From: Candidatus Ozemobacteraceae bacterium
GTDB lineage: Bacteria > Muiribacteriota > Ozemobacteria > Ozemobacterales > Ozemobacteraceae
Length of the DNA stretch: 64,000 nucleotides
Reading direction: 5' to 3'
NCBI GenBank assembly: GCA_965140445.1
Contig: OZ223236.1
Coordinates: 1,344,001 to 1,408,000 of the forward strand
Below, piece by piece: positions 27,815 through 37,672 of the stretch. The stretch's first letter is position 1. Each line of letters opens with the position of its first letter. A program made the position numbers and the translations under genes. The notes under the pieces are model-generated. The model saw only the letters and a program-made list of their open reading frames with translations. It ran no database searches and had not been told where the DNA came from.

Positions 27815-29353
27815 ATGGAACCAAAAACAAAAGTACTATTAATAATTCTGGATGGTTTTGGAATTTCTGAAATCAAACAGGGAAACGCTGTTTTCGAAGC
27901 TCAACCTGAGTTTATAAATAAATTGATGCAGGAAAGACCTTGCACCAGTTTGGGAGCATCTGCTTTGGATGTAGGTTTGCCGGAAGGGCAGATGGGAAAC
28001 TCTGAAGTCGGCCACTTAAATATTGGCGCCGGTAGAGTTGTTTATCAGGATATAACCCGCATTAACAAATCTATTCAGGATGGCTCGTTTTACACTAATC
28101 AGGTTTTCTTAGATATGATCCAGGGGTTAAAAGACTCCGGAAAAGCTTTACACCTGTATGGCCTTGTGTCAAACGGTGGTGTTCATAGCCACATAAATCA
28201 TATCTCTGCCCTGTTAAAGCTTGCAAAAGATAACGGGCTTACCAAGGTTTTTCTTCATGCATTTACGGATGGAAGAGACACGTCACCAACAAGTGGCGTA
28301 CATTTTATTCGAGAGCTGGTTGAAGAAACCAAAAAAATTGGTGTTGGAAAAATAGCTACAATAAGTGGTCGATTCTACGCTATGGATAGAGATAATAGGT
28401 GGGATCGTGTTGAGAAAGCTTATTCGGCGCTTGTTCATGGCGTTGGAAACAGATCTTCTGATCCGGTTTTATCAATGGAAGCCTCTTATAAAGTAAATAT
28501 TACTGATGAATTTGTTGTTCCAGTCGTAATAGAAGAAAATGGTCAGCCTGTTGCTACTATTGACGAAGGCGATACTATTTTATCTTTTAACTTCAGGGCT
28601 GATAGAATGCGTCAAATTTCAAGGGTTTTCACCGCTGAGAAATTTGATCTTTTCAAAAGAAAAGAAATGAAGGTTAATTATTTCAGCTTTACCAATTATT
28701 CCGAGGAATTCAATTTTCCAATTGTTTTCCCTCCGCAAAAGCTTGATAACGTTCTAGGCGAAGTTCTATCAAAAAATGGAATTGCTCAATTAAGGTTGGC
28801 TGAAACAGAGAAATATGCTCATGTAACTTATTTTACGAATGGCGGCTATGAGCCTCCGTTTGATCTTGAAGACAGGCACATGATTCCTTCACCGAAGGTG
28901 AAAACATATGATTTAAAACCTGAAATGTCCGCTTTTGAAGTAGGAGACTTTCTTACTGAAAAGCTGAAAACTCAGAAGTATCCGTTTGTAATGGTTAATT
29001 TTGCAAATTGCGATATGGTAGGGCATACTGGAATAATGGAAGCAGCGATAAAAGCAGTTAGCACTGTTGATTGTGTTTTATCAAAAGTTATTCCAGTAGC
29101 TTATGAGTTGGGCTATGATTGTATGATCACCGCTGACCACGGAAACGCGGAGCAAATGGTTGATGAAAATACTGGTGAAGCTTTTACTGAACATACTGTG
29201 AATCCAGTTCCATTCTGTTTGTTGTCTCGAGAGGCAGATGAGCTAAGGGAAAAAGGAAAGCTTTGCGATATCGCTCCTACCGTGCTTGATTTAATGGGTA
29301 TTGAAAAACCCGAATCAATGACAGGAAATTCTTTAATACTTCGAAAAAAATAG
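27815..29353 (+). CDS. gpmI: 2,3-bisphosphoglycerate-independent phosphoglycerate mutase
   Basis: ILDGFG, MGNSEVGH, DGRD, AMDRD, AETEKYAHVT, DMVGHTG, TADHGNAE. Confidence 0.97.
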   Translation: MEPKTKVLLIILDGFGISEIKQGNAVFEAQPEFINKLMQERPCTSLGASALDVGLPEGQMGNSEVGHLNIGAGRVVYQDITRINKSIQDGSFYTNQVFLDMIQGLKDSGKALHLYGLVSNGGVHSHINHISALLKLAKDNGLTKVFLHAFTDGRDTSPTSGVHFIRELVEETKKIGVGKIATISGRFYAMDRDNRWDRVEKAYSALVHGVGNRSSDPVLSMEASYKVNITDEFVVPVVIEENGQPVATIDEGDTILSFNFRADRMRQISRVFTAEKFDLFKRKEMKVNYFSFTNYSEEFNFPIVFPPQKLDNVLGEVLSKNGIAQLRLAETEKYAHVTYFTNGGYEPPFDLEDRHMIPSPKVKTYDLKPEMSAFEVGDFLTEKLKTQKYPFVMVNFANCDMVGHTGIMEAAIKAVSTVDCVLSKVIPVAYELGYDCMITADHGNAEQMVDENTGEAFTEHTVNPVPFCLLSREADELREKGKLCDIAPTVLDLMGIEKPESMTGNSLILRKK

Positions 29354-29356
29354 ACA

Positions 29357-29938
29357 ATGAATCAAACTCTTAGTAAACCCGAAAAGGGCTATCTGTTCAT
29401 TGTTTCCGGTCCTTCGGGAGTGGGAAAGACAGTCTTGTGCAATGAGATTGTCAATACTTTTCCGAAGGTCCTGTATTCAATCTCTGCCACCTCCAGAGCC
29501 CCACGAGGCGGAGAAAAGAACGGCCAGGAGTATTTTTTCTTCACTGAAGACGAATTTAAAAGTGCAATTGAAAAAGATGAGTTTGCCGAATGGGCTTTTG
29601 TTCACGGAAATTACTATGGCACGCCATTAAGCTTTTTAGAGCAAAACATAAATTCCGGAAGACATGTCATTTTAAACATTGACGTTCAAGGGGCTTTTAA
29701 GATCAGGGAGAAGTATCCTGAAGCAATAATGATTTTTATATTGCCGCCTTCTCTTGAAGAGCTTGAAAGTCGCATCAGAAAGAGAAATATGGATAGCGAA
29801 GAGGCATTGAAACATAGACTTGAAAATGCCAAAAAAGAACTTGCTTATAAGGGTCAGTACACTTATTCAATTGTAAATGACGACCTGGAAAATGCGATTA
29901 AAGAGCTTAAGGGAATTTTTAAGAATTTTGTTTCTTAA
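29357..29938 (+). CDS. gmk: Guanylate kinase
   Basis: SGPSGVGKT, SATSRAPR, EWA.VHGNYYGT, IDVQGA, FILPPS. Confidence 0.96.
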   Translation: MNQTLSKPEKGYLFIVSGPSGVGKTVLCNEIVNTFPKVLYSISATSRAPRGGEKNGQEYFFFTEDEFKSAIEKDEFAEWAFVHGNYYGTPLSFLEQNINSGRHVILNIDVQGAFKIREKYPEAIMIFILPPSLEELESRIRKRNMDSEEALKHRLENAKKELAYKGQYTYSIVNDDLENAIKELKGIFKNFVS

Positions 29939-29944
29939 GCTATC

Positions 29945-29973
29945 TTGACACCTTTGCCAACCGTTCTTATAAT
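29945..29973 (+). promoter_or_regulatory. Consensus sigma70 promoter
   Basis: TTGACA-N17-TATAAT; AGGAGG SD downstream. Confidence 0.85.
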
Positions 29974-30017
29974 TTAGGGATAATCTAACGGAAATTAAGT
30001 CTAGGAGGCTTGTTACA

Positions 30018-30743
30018 ATGAAACGCACCGCCCTGTGCTTCCTGATGATCTGCTTACTTTTGTCAACAGCTACAGTTTGGTCTCAAGAAGTGAAAGTTGT
30101 TCCTCTTGATGCTAAATTGGATATTCTGAGTGGTCAGGTTAAGCTGACTAGAGTTGGAAACGCTAAGACTGATATCATTAATCAGGCTGTAAAGCTTTAT
30201 GCTGGCGATCTTCTTGAAACTCTTAGAGAGTCGAAAGCAACACTGGTTTATTCTGATGGAACAACCATGAAGATTAAACCAAGAACTCTTATCGAAGTTC
30301 AGCCTTTGAGTATAAAAGTATTTAAAGGTAAAACATGGTACAAATTCACCAAGCGTGGAACAGAATTTAGAATTGAAACTCCAACTTTGGTTGCCGGTAT
30401 TCGTGGAACAGAATTTGAAGTAGCCGTTTCTTCAAGAAGAAAGTCTTCAATTTCTGTTGTAGAAGGAAAAGTTGCCGTTAAAAGTAAAAAAAGCGGGAAA
30501 GGCTTACTTCTAAGACCTGGTTATGCTACTCATTGTGAAGTAGGACGTGATCTTGTTCAGGCTTACAATTTTAATGTTGAAAAGAAAAAGTCTGAATGGC
30601 CTTCTGCCGATTGGAATGGCAAGTCTCCTGATGATATTAATAAAATGTTTATTAAATATCTTAATTTGAAAGCTGAATATGGCGAAAGTGATCCAAAAAC
30701 CAAGGATGCACTTAAAGCTCTTGAAAGCGCAAAAAGAAAGTAA
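30018..30743 (+). CDS. Soluble exported FecR-domain protein
   Basis: Signal peptide; GDLLET...A.L.YSDGT, IETPTLVAGIRGTEFEV, VVEGKV. Confidence 0.85.
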   Translation: MKRTALCFLMICLLLSTATVWSQEVKVVPLDAKLDILSGQVKLTRVGNAKTDIINQAVKLYAGDLLETLRESKATLVYSDGTTMKIKPRTLIEVQPLSIKVFKGKTWYKFTKRGTEFRIETPTLVAGIRGTEFEVAVSSRRKSSISVVEGKVAVKSKKSGKGLLLRPGYATHCEVGRDLVQAYNFNVEKKKSEWPSADWNGKSPDDINKMFIKYLNLKAEYGESDPKTKDALKALESAKRK

Positions 30744-30764
30744 CAAACTTTAACTGGTGAACTT

Positions 30765-30797
30765 AAAAGCCCCCTACAATTTGTAGGGGGCTTTTTT
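30765..30797. terminator. Bidirectional intrinsic terminator
   Basis: AAAAGCCCCCTACAA/TTGTAGGGGGCTTTTTT. Confidence 0.88.
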
Positions 30798-30831
30798 ATC
30801 GTAAATTAAATTGAAACTTTCATAAGATTTT

Positions 30832-31260
30832 TTAATAATCAAAATCTGCTTTTCTTTGGGCCTTTTTGCTGCTGAGAATCTTTTTCTTTTTAATTCGTCT
30901 TTCCACAGATGCTTTTGATGGTTTTGTTGGTTTTCTTGGCTTGGGTGGCTTTAAGGCTTTTTGGATCAAGTGCCTTAATTTTTCACGAACATCGCAAATA
31001 TTACGGTATTGTTCCCGAAAATTCTGGCTGGATAAAATTATAGCCCCATCACTGTCAACTCTTGTTCCGGCAAGCTTCATGATTCTATCAAGCACAGCTT
31101 GTGTAAACAAACACGATTCAGCAGGGGAAAACCTTAATTCAATTTTGGTTGAAACTTTATTTACGTTTTGTCCACCTGGGCCAGACGATCTCATCGCAGT
31201 CAGCTTAATTAAAAAGCCTGGGATAGTAATTCTTTCATTAATGATTAAATCTTCGCTCAT
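30832..31260 (-). CDS. arfB: Alternative ribosome rescue factor B
   Basis: RSSGPGGQNVNKV; basic tail PKPRKPTKPS...RR. Confidence 0.95.
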   Translation of the reverse strand: MSEDLIINERITIPGFLIKLTAMRSSGPGGQNVNKVSTKIELRFSPAESCLFTQAVLDRIMKLAGTRVDSDGAIILSSQNFREQYRNICDVREKLRHLIQKALKPPKPRKPTKPSKASVERRIKKKKILSSKKAQRKADFDY

Positions 31261-32264
31261 TTTATTAACCTATTGTTTTTTAGCCATTCAAAGGCTTCTT
31301 TTACTTTTATTGTTTTCATACAGGGATTTTGGTTGCAAGTATCACAGATTCCTTTGCAGTCACTGATTTCCGGCAAAATTACTTTACTCGGTTGATTGGC
31401 TGGTCCCCATCTCACTGGGGTCATACTTTTCTGGGGAGGGAAAAATCCAAGAACTGGAAGTCCAATTGCCCCCGCTAGATGCATCGGACCTGTCGATCCC
31501 CCAACAAAGCCAGAGCAGTGCCAAAATGCTCCTGCAAGAGATTCGAAATCTGGCAAGCCAGATAGATAACCGATAACTCCTTGCCGGGTTTTGGGAAAAA
31601 ATGATTTCAAGTGTTCTTCACCCGGACCAAAACTCAAGATCACAGGTATTTGGTTGTCGATTAGTTGTCTGGTTAATTCTGAATACTGTTCCGGGGTGAT
31701 ATTATGAGCAGATCCACCGTGTCCAGGGTGAATTATTATAGGATTGGTTCCTTCTAAACCAGCTTTTTTTATGGCTTCCATTCCATTATCAATAGCCTTT
31801 TTTGAAGGATATAGTTTTGGTTTTAGAAGCCTTGATTTCTCTAGAGCAACATCTGCAAGATCCAGGTTATACTCATATTCGTGCTTAAGATTCTTAGAGC
31901 GCTTTTGAACACACCTTTTAGAAAGAAAAAATTGCCAGATATTTGATGCGCGACCTGTTCTTATGGGGATCCGAGCGAGAAAGGTAGCAATTATTGCCTG
32001 AAATGAGGGATGAACAATTATTGCTTTGTCAAATTTATAGGACTTTAGCTCTGCTGCTAATTCTAGTGCTGTCTTATTCTTTCCATTTAAGGAATTTAAT
32101 ATTATTCCTTTTACTTCCGGGATCATTTTTACAATTGAAGATGTGTAAGGAGCTGTTAAAGCATATATTTCAGCTCCCGCATACTGATCGGCCAGAGCTT
32201 TAAAAACTGGCGAGGTCAAGATTATGTCGCCAGCTTTGTCTGTTCTGCAAACTAAAATTTTCAT
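31257..32264 (-). CDS. Glycosyltransferase family 9 (LPS heptosyltransferase-like)
   Basis: RTDKAGDIIL, IHPG, STGPMHLA. Confidence 0.9.
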   Translation of the reverse strand: MKILVCRTDKAGDIILTSPVFKALADQYAGAEIYALTAPYTSSIVKMIPEVKGIILNSLNGKNKTALELAAELKSYKFDKAIIVHPSFQAIIATFLARIPIRTGRASNIWQFFLSKRCVQKRSKNLKHEYEYNLDLADVALEKSRLLKPKLYPSKKAIDNGMEAIKKAGLEGTNPIIIHPGHGGSAHNITPEQYSELTRQLIDNQIPVILSFGPGEEHLKSFFPKTRQGVIGYLSGLPDFESLAGAFWHCSGFVGGSTGPMHLAGAIGLPVLGFFPPQKSMTPVRWGPANQPSKVILPEISDCKGICDTCNQNPCMKTIKVKEAFEWLKNNRLIK

Positions 32265-33277
32265 TTAAGAAGCTTATCCTTTACGGCTGTTGCCAATTGT
32301 TCGGGAGTAATACTGTTCATGCATATGTGATCATCTCTGCTGCAAACCTTTTGCCTGCAGGGGGCTATTGGGCAGTTTTTTCCAGTTACCAATGCAGCCA
32401 GGTTTATCAGTGGACCTGTTCTGGTCATATCAGTGGGACCAACTGGTACAGCCACAGGCGTTCCTGCAAGGGCTGAAATATGCATTGTTCCAGAGTCATT
32501 TGCAACCATGAATCTCGCTTGTTCTGTGATTAAAAAAAGCTCGGTTAGAGAAGTTTTTCCTGTTAAATCTAAAAACAGATTATCTGCCTCTGAAGCTATG
32601 GTTTGAGCTATTTTTTGATCATCCGGGCCACCGACAATTGCACATTTTATTTGAAGTTGTTCAGACAGCATTTTGCCAAGCCTGGCGAACAAAGAAGGCG
32701 GCCATCTTTTTGCTGAACCAAAAGCAGCTCCGGGGGCAATGATAAAAAAATGCTTTTTTTCAAGACCATGTTTTTTTAACAGTTCTTCCTGGACTTGATT
32801 GTTAATGAGAGGTTGGGGCAGTTTTGGTCTGCTTGCAAAATCAGTTTTTTGAGGCAGACAAAGTGCATTTTCGATAAGTTGAATATATAGATTAGATTCG
32901 TGAATCTTTTTGAAATTTTCAGGTTTCTTTATTGGATTACTTAAAAGAAACTTTCTTCCATCGCCTGAAAAACCAAAAATTTTCTTTGTTCCACAAAATC
33001 TTGCTATTGAAGCTGTTCTCATTGAAGTTGGAAATAAGATTATACGGTCAAAGTTTTCTTTTCTAATTTCCTTAAGACCACTCAGAAGTTGCCAAAAGGC
33101 TCCCTTGGTTGGGAGGCTCCAGATTTTTTTCAAACCTGGAATCAGGCTATATAAATCTGAAAGATGCGGACGGGTCAAGATATGGACTTCGCAATTATTT
33201 TCAATCGCCATATTTATTGCCGGAAAGGACATTACCACATCACCAATCCAGTTTAAGCCAAAAATTAGAATTTTCAT
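32261..33277 (-). CDS. waaF: Lipopolysaccharide heptosyltransferase II
   Basis: NWIGDVVMS, PGAAFGSAKRWP, DLTGKTSL, NDSGTMH, GPT; ATG 33277 overlaps the upstream stop. Confidence 0.88.
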   Translation of the reverse strand: MKILIFGLNWIGDVVMSFPAINMAIENNCEVHILTRPHLSDLYSLIPGLKKIWSLPTKGAFWQLLSGLKEIRKENFDRIILFPTSMRTASIARFCGTKKIFGFSGDGRKFLLSNPIKKPENFKKIHESNLYIQLIENALCLPQKTDFASRPKLPQPLINNQVQEELLKKHGLEKKHFFIIAPGAAFGSAKRWPPSLFARLGKMLSEQLQIKCAIVGGPDDQKIAQTIASEADNLFLDLTGKTSLTELFLITEQARFMVANDSGTMHISALAGTPVAVPVGPTDMTRTGPLINLAALVTGKNCPIAPCRQKVCSRDDHICMNSITPEQLATAVKDKLLK

Positions 33278-34245
33278 TTCGTTACATCCATAAAAGACCA
33301 TATCTCTGTAGAAACTTTTTTCCAATTCAGAGCTCTGCAATTAAAGTGGCCTTCTGGGCAATCTTCTCTCTGGCCATGAATACTACAGGGTTTGCACGGC
33401 AGGGGTTTTGAAATTACCAGATTTTTAGTTGAAGGAACTGGAGAAAAACCCAGGGAGGGATCTGTCTGAAAAAACAGGCAGACCAAAGGGGCATCTGTTG
33501 CTCTTGCAAGGTGCATAGGGCCTGAATCTGTACTGATTACGCCGCTGGAATTTGCCATTATTCCGGGCAGCTGATCCAGTGAAATTTTATTTCTCAAGTC
33601 GATCAGATTCGGAAAGTCATTAAGGTTAAAGTTCCGACTGCCAGTTCCAATAATTGCAGTTGTTTGAGGTGCTTGTCTTAATATTTCTCTTAAACCTTCC
33701 TCGGGAAGTATCTTGCCTGGTTTTGAAGCATCAGGATGGATCAGAAAATATTCTTTTGGCTTCAGGCCAAGTGAAATTGCTAATTCTCTTGAGGAGGCAA
33801 GGTAGTCTGGCGTCATTTCCAGGAGAGGGTCAGGGGCGCTAATTTCTATACCTGCAGTATCTGCATATCTTTTCCAGACCGGGGAATCATTTGAAATATT
33901 AATTGGATACTGACCAGTAGAGATTTGCCATTGCTCGCTTAAAGAACGTTTTCTATAAGAGGCATATTTTGCTCCCGAAAAGTGTTTCATGAAAAAAGAT
34001 GAAATTTTGCCTTGCAGGTCTATCACCATTTCTGGAGAAAGGCTGCGAATTTCCTTTGATAAAGAAAGAAGGGAGGTTGCGCCATCATAGAGCATAACTT
34101 CGGCCGGAAGAAATTGCCGGAGGTCTTTCCATTTTTTGTTTATCACCCAGAAAACTTTATGTTGCTGACCTAGTTGCCTTGCTACAGGTATTGCCAGCAG
34201 GATGTCTCCCATTGCATTTAGTCTAAGGATTACCTGATTGGACAT
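33274..34245 (-). CDS. Glycosyltransferase family 9 (heptosyltransferase, WaaC-like)
   Basis: LRLNAMGDILL, IDLQGK, TDSGPMHLA, C-terminal Cys motif; start taken at ATG 34245. Confidence 0.88.
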   Translation of the reverse strand: MSNQVILRLNAMGDILLAIPVARQLGQQHKVFWVINKKWKDLRQFLPAEVMLYDGATSLLSLSKEIRSLSPEMVIDLQGKISSFFMKHFSGAKYASYRKRSLSEQWQISTGQYPINISNDSPVWKRYADTAGIEISAPDPLLEMTPDYLASSRELAISLGLKPKEYFLIHPDASKPGKILPEEGLREILRQAPQTTAIIGTGSRNFNLNDFPNLIDLRNKISLDQLPGIMANSSGVISTDSGPMHLARATDAPLVCLFFQTDPSLGFSPVPSTKNLVISKPLPCKPCSIHGQREDCPEGHFNCRALNWKKVSTEIWSFMDVTK

Positions 34246-35503
34246 TTGGTAAAAGCCCCGCTTCCTGTAAGCTTTCGATGGTTCTGTGACTAGCACCAGC
34301 CATGCTTTGAAGAAGCAACTTTGCTCTGTTGCCCATTTCATCGTATTTTTCTCTATTGCTGATCCAGTCTTCCAGGGTGTTTCTTAGATCTAAAGACGTT
34401 TCGGTAACCCTTACAGCATGTTTTCTTTTGAGTGCCATCATCTCATATCTGAAGTTAAAGGTATGGGGACCTGTGAGGACTGGGACTCCAAAGGCAGCTG
34501 GCTCCATTAAATTGTGCCCGCCACGTTCGATTAAACTCCCACCTACAAACGCCAGTGAAGAGAGGGAATAAAGATTTACAAGATCGCCTAATGTATCCAC
34601 AAGAATTATGTGTCCTGCGGTTGGATTTCTCTGTGAAACCCTGGAAAAATCCAGATTTCTTGTTTTTAGAATTTGTTCGATTTCTGGAACTCGCTTTAGA
34701 TGGCGAGGTGCTATTACTACTGTTGAATGCAAACTTCCCCAAAGTGGTTCAAGGGCATCCAGTATTTGATCTTCTTCTTTAGGATGGGTGCTTCCAAAGA
34801 CTATTAAATCGCGGTGTGGCGGAATCCCATATTTTTCCCTCAGGCTTTCTTTGCTGGGAATTGAGGTTGGCATATCGTATTTAAAACAACCAAGCGTTTT
34901 CTGCTTATTGGATTCGATACCCAGGATTTTGAAACGTCTTTCATATTGCTTTTCCTGTGGAAAAGCGAAGGAGAAATTTTTAACTCCGGTGCCAAATAAA
35001 GGCCAGAGCATTCTCATCATTCTTACAGACTTTTCGTTGATTCTGCCGTTAATAATCCCGTAGGGAATATTTTTACGTTTCAAGGTTGCCAACAAGAGCG
35101 GCCATATCTCGGTTTCGCTGATTAGCAAAACTTTTGGCTTCATTTTTTCAATAAAAGGAATTGTGAACGCCGGCAGCTCAATTGGTAGCAAACTTGCATG
35201 ACCGCATATCTCATCTTTTTGAAGCTGTCGCAGCCCATCCATGGTCATGGCGGTGCATAGGATTCTATTTCGTCCGTAAATTCTTACCAGCTCTCTTAGG
35301 AAGGGGCGCAACGTGATTACTTCGCCAAGCGATGCTCCGTGAACCCAGATGGTGCCTTCTGCTGGGACTTCGTTGTCTGGAGAATACTGACCTTTTCTTA
35401 GTGCTATTTCTTCCAACTCGATTTTTTTGGGAGGAAAAATATCCAGTATCTCTACTGCAGCTCTAAGAATCCATTGGTAAGTTTTTAGGGATAGATTTGC
35501 CAT
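34223..35503 (-). CDS. waaA: 3-deoxy-D-manno-octulosonic acid transferase
   Basis: IWVHGASLGE, ETEIWP, GSTH, APRH, FVGGSL..GGHN.MEPA. Confidence 0.95.
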   Translation of the reverse strand: MANLSLKTYQWILRAAVEILDIFPPKKIELEEIALRKGQYSPDNEVPAEGTIWVHGASLGEVITLRPFLRELVRIYGRNRILCTAMTMDGLRQLQKDEICGHASLLPIELPAFTIPFIEKMKPKVLLISETEIWPLLLATLKRKNIPYGIINGRINEKSVRMMRMLWPLFGTGVKNFSFAFPQEKQYERRFKILGIESNKQKTLGCFKYDMPTSIPSKESLREKYGIPPHRDLIVFGSTHPKEEDQILDALEPLWGSLHSTVVIAPRHLKRVPEIEQILKTRNLDFSRVSQRNPTAGHIILVDTLGDLVNLYSLSSLAFVGGSLIERGGHNLMEPAAFGVPVLTGPHTFNFRYEMMALKRKHAVRVTETSLDLRNTLEDWISNREKYDEMGNRAKLLLQSMAGASHRTIESLQEAGLLPNVQSGNP

Positions 35504-35579
35504 TTCTTTTGAAAACCTTAATGTTAACTACATTTTTAACTGGTTTTAGCATGGAAGTCAAAACCGATTTTTTTTAAAG

Positions 35580-36506
35580 TTAAACCCATGGGTTTTCCGG
35601 GCAGTCTTCTGGTTGAGTTTTCCAGCGTCTATGCAACCAGAACCACTGTTCTGGAGCTTGTTCCACAAGTCCTTCAAGAAAGGTTGTGAATTTCTGAGTT
35701 AATTCTTGCTGTCCTTTTATACTGTTTTCAAAATCTTTAGGATAAATTGGTGGCACAATTTTCAGATGGTGTTTGTATGAATAATCTGGAAACATGGCGA
35801 GTGGAACAATTGGAGCTCCGGTTTTTAGTGAAATTTGTGCTGGGCCAACAGGAGCTGAGGCTAATTTATCAAAGAATTTTACAAAAATCCCTTTTTTACC
35901 ATTGTCCTGGTCTACCATCAAGGCAAGGATTTCTCCTTTTTTTAAGGCTCTTAAAATTTCTCTGATTGCATAGCCGGAATCCGTGGTTTTTGCGCCGTGC
36001 TTGTTGCGCATTTCTTCCATCCACTTATCAACTTCTTTATTGTTTTGTCTTCTAACCACAACATTTGTCGGAAAACCATTTAAAGCGAACCATGGCGGTA
36101 CCAGCTCCCATAGTCCAAAGTGACCTGAAACTATTATTGCTCCCTTATTATCAGACAGGGCTTTTTTAAGGTTTTCCAGGCCAGAGATTTGAACTTTATC
36201 CAATAGCTCCTGATTTGAAAAATATCTTAACCCTGCCATTTCTATGGAATTGAGAAGGAAGTTTTGATATGTCTTTCGAGCCAGAGCTCCAGCTCGAACC
36301 GGATCAATTTTTAAACAAGATCTTAGTCTGGAAATAACGTACTTTTTTCTCATCCCAAAAAGATCATACATTATCGTGCATAGTAGATTTGCAATTCTTC
36401 TTTTTTTATCGACGGACATTTTTGCAGATGCTTTTGCCAGTGAATCAAGTAAAAACAGCTGGATCTTGTTGAATCTGATTTTGTTGGGATTGTTGTGGTC
36501 ACTCAT
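35580..36506 (-). CDS. lpxL: Lipid A late acyltransferase (LpxL/HtrB family)
   Basis: SGHFGLWE, MVDQD, FVKFF, PEQWFWLHRRWKT. Confidence 0.85.
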   Translation of the reverse strand: MSDHNNPNKIRFNKIQLFLLDSLAKASAKMSVDKKRRIANLLCTIMYDLFGMRKKYVISRLRSCLKIDPVRAGALARKTYQNFLLNSIEMAGLRYFSNQELLDKVQISGLENLKKALSDNKGAIIVSGHFGLWELVPPWFALNGFPTNVVVRRQNNKEVDKWMEEMRNKHGAKTTDSGYAIREILRALKKGEILALMVDQDNGKKGIFVKFFDKLASAPVGPAQISLKTGAPIVPLAMFPDYSYKHHLKIVPPIYPKDFENSIKGQQELTQKFTTFLEGLVEQAPEQWFWLHRRWKTQPEDCPENPWV

Positions 36507-37672
36507 TGTCTTTTCTCTCTGTTTCGTTTTTTCCATTCTCTAAGTTTTAGAGCGATGGAAAGCAATGGAGATGTTTTCATCTTGATTGCGTCTACTGGAC
36601 ATACTTCCATGCAGCAAAAACAGGAAATGCATTTTGCTTTATCAAAACAAGCTTGTGGAGAAAGCTTGATTGCGTCTGCGGGGCAAATTTTCAGGCAACG
36701 GCCGCATTCTATACACGAATATTCCTTTAGAGCTGGACCTGCCCACAATATTTTCTTTACGAGTTCAATTAAAATATCAGGTAATTTTTCGGAGATCGGT
36801 TTCGGGGGCAGAACAAAACCAGTGGGAATTGAAGGCCAATGGTTTTGAAGAATCTTTATTTCATTAAAATTTGAAGGACCAAAGTTAAGTGACTTGCAAT
36901 GTTTTAGAATAGAAACAGTTTCAGGAGCAATATTAACCAGTTTGCAGAAAGCATAGTCCAGGGCAACAGGATTCGGTGAAGCTAAAAGAATTCCAGCATG
37001 GAATTGGTTGCCCCCAGCTGGACCCTGTCCGTCCATTGCAACTATCCCATCCATGATGTTTAGCGTTACCGGCAATTTAGCGGCAAGTTCACTCATTAGG
37101 ATGCCAAAACTATCCGATCTTGGAAAATCTTTATGGAGCTGAGCTTTTTGCATGCCAGGAATCAAGCCATAAAGATTTTTAACCGCGCCTGTTATTCGGG
37201 TGAGGTTATGAGTTTTCATTTTTGGTAAGTTAATTACCTTATCTGCTTCAAAGTAGGCAGAAGTTATGCTTATTAAAAAGTTCTTTCCACAAATTTTACA
37301 TTTGATCGCTTTTTTGGGAAGTTTTTCAAATTCAATGAGTTGCGCTCCGGTTGCTTTTGCTACTTCGCTGTAACCAGTATTTTTCCAGAACTCATCTGCG
37401 CGGCCAAAAATCATTGGCGGACTATCCCCAATTGTCACGGTAGCGCCAAGTTGCTGGCATAGAATAGTAACTGCTTTTAGAACTTCCGGGTGGGTTGTTG
37501 CTGCTTTTTCAGGGGATTTGCTGGAAAGCATATTTGGCTTTATCAATACTCTATCGCCTGAATTTATGAAAGCACCCATTCCACCCAAGGGAGCGAGAAG
37601 CTTTTTTACAGCTTCCATTACCTCGGCTTGAGAATAGTTGGCGCAGGTTTCTATTGATACAGGATAGGTCAT
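36503..37672 (-). CDS. DUF362 domain protein with 2x[4Fe-4S] ferredoxin domain
   Basis: VLIKPN, TTHP, INLPKMKTH, GAVKNLYG, MDGQGP; CIECGRC...CP and CISCFCC...CP. Confidence 0.9.
   Translation of the reverse strand: MTYPVSIETCANYSQAEVMEAVKKLLAPLGGMGAFINSGDRVLIKPNMLSSKSPEKAATTHPEVLKAVTILCQQLGATVTIGDSPPMIFGRADEFWKNTGYSEVAKATGAQLIEFEKLPKKAIKCKICGKNFLISITSAYFEADKVINLPKMKTHNLTRITGAVKNLYGLIPGMQKAQLHKDFPRSDSFGILMSELAAKLPVTLNIMDGIVAMDGQGPAGGNQFHAGILLASPNPVALDYAFCKLVNIAPETVSILKHCKSLNFGPSNFNEIKILQNHWPSIPTGFVLPPKPISEKLPDILIELVKKILWAGPALKEYSCIECGRCLKICPADAIKLSPQACFDKAKCISCFCCMEVCPVDAIKMKTSPLLSIALKLREWKKRNREKRQ

Noticed and set aside
27035..31260. pth and arfB close together as a ribosome-rescue cluster
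   Set aside because: They are in separate transcription units split by gpmI-gmk-FecR; probably coincidental
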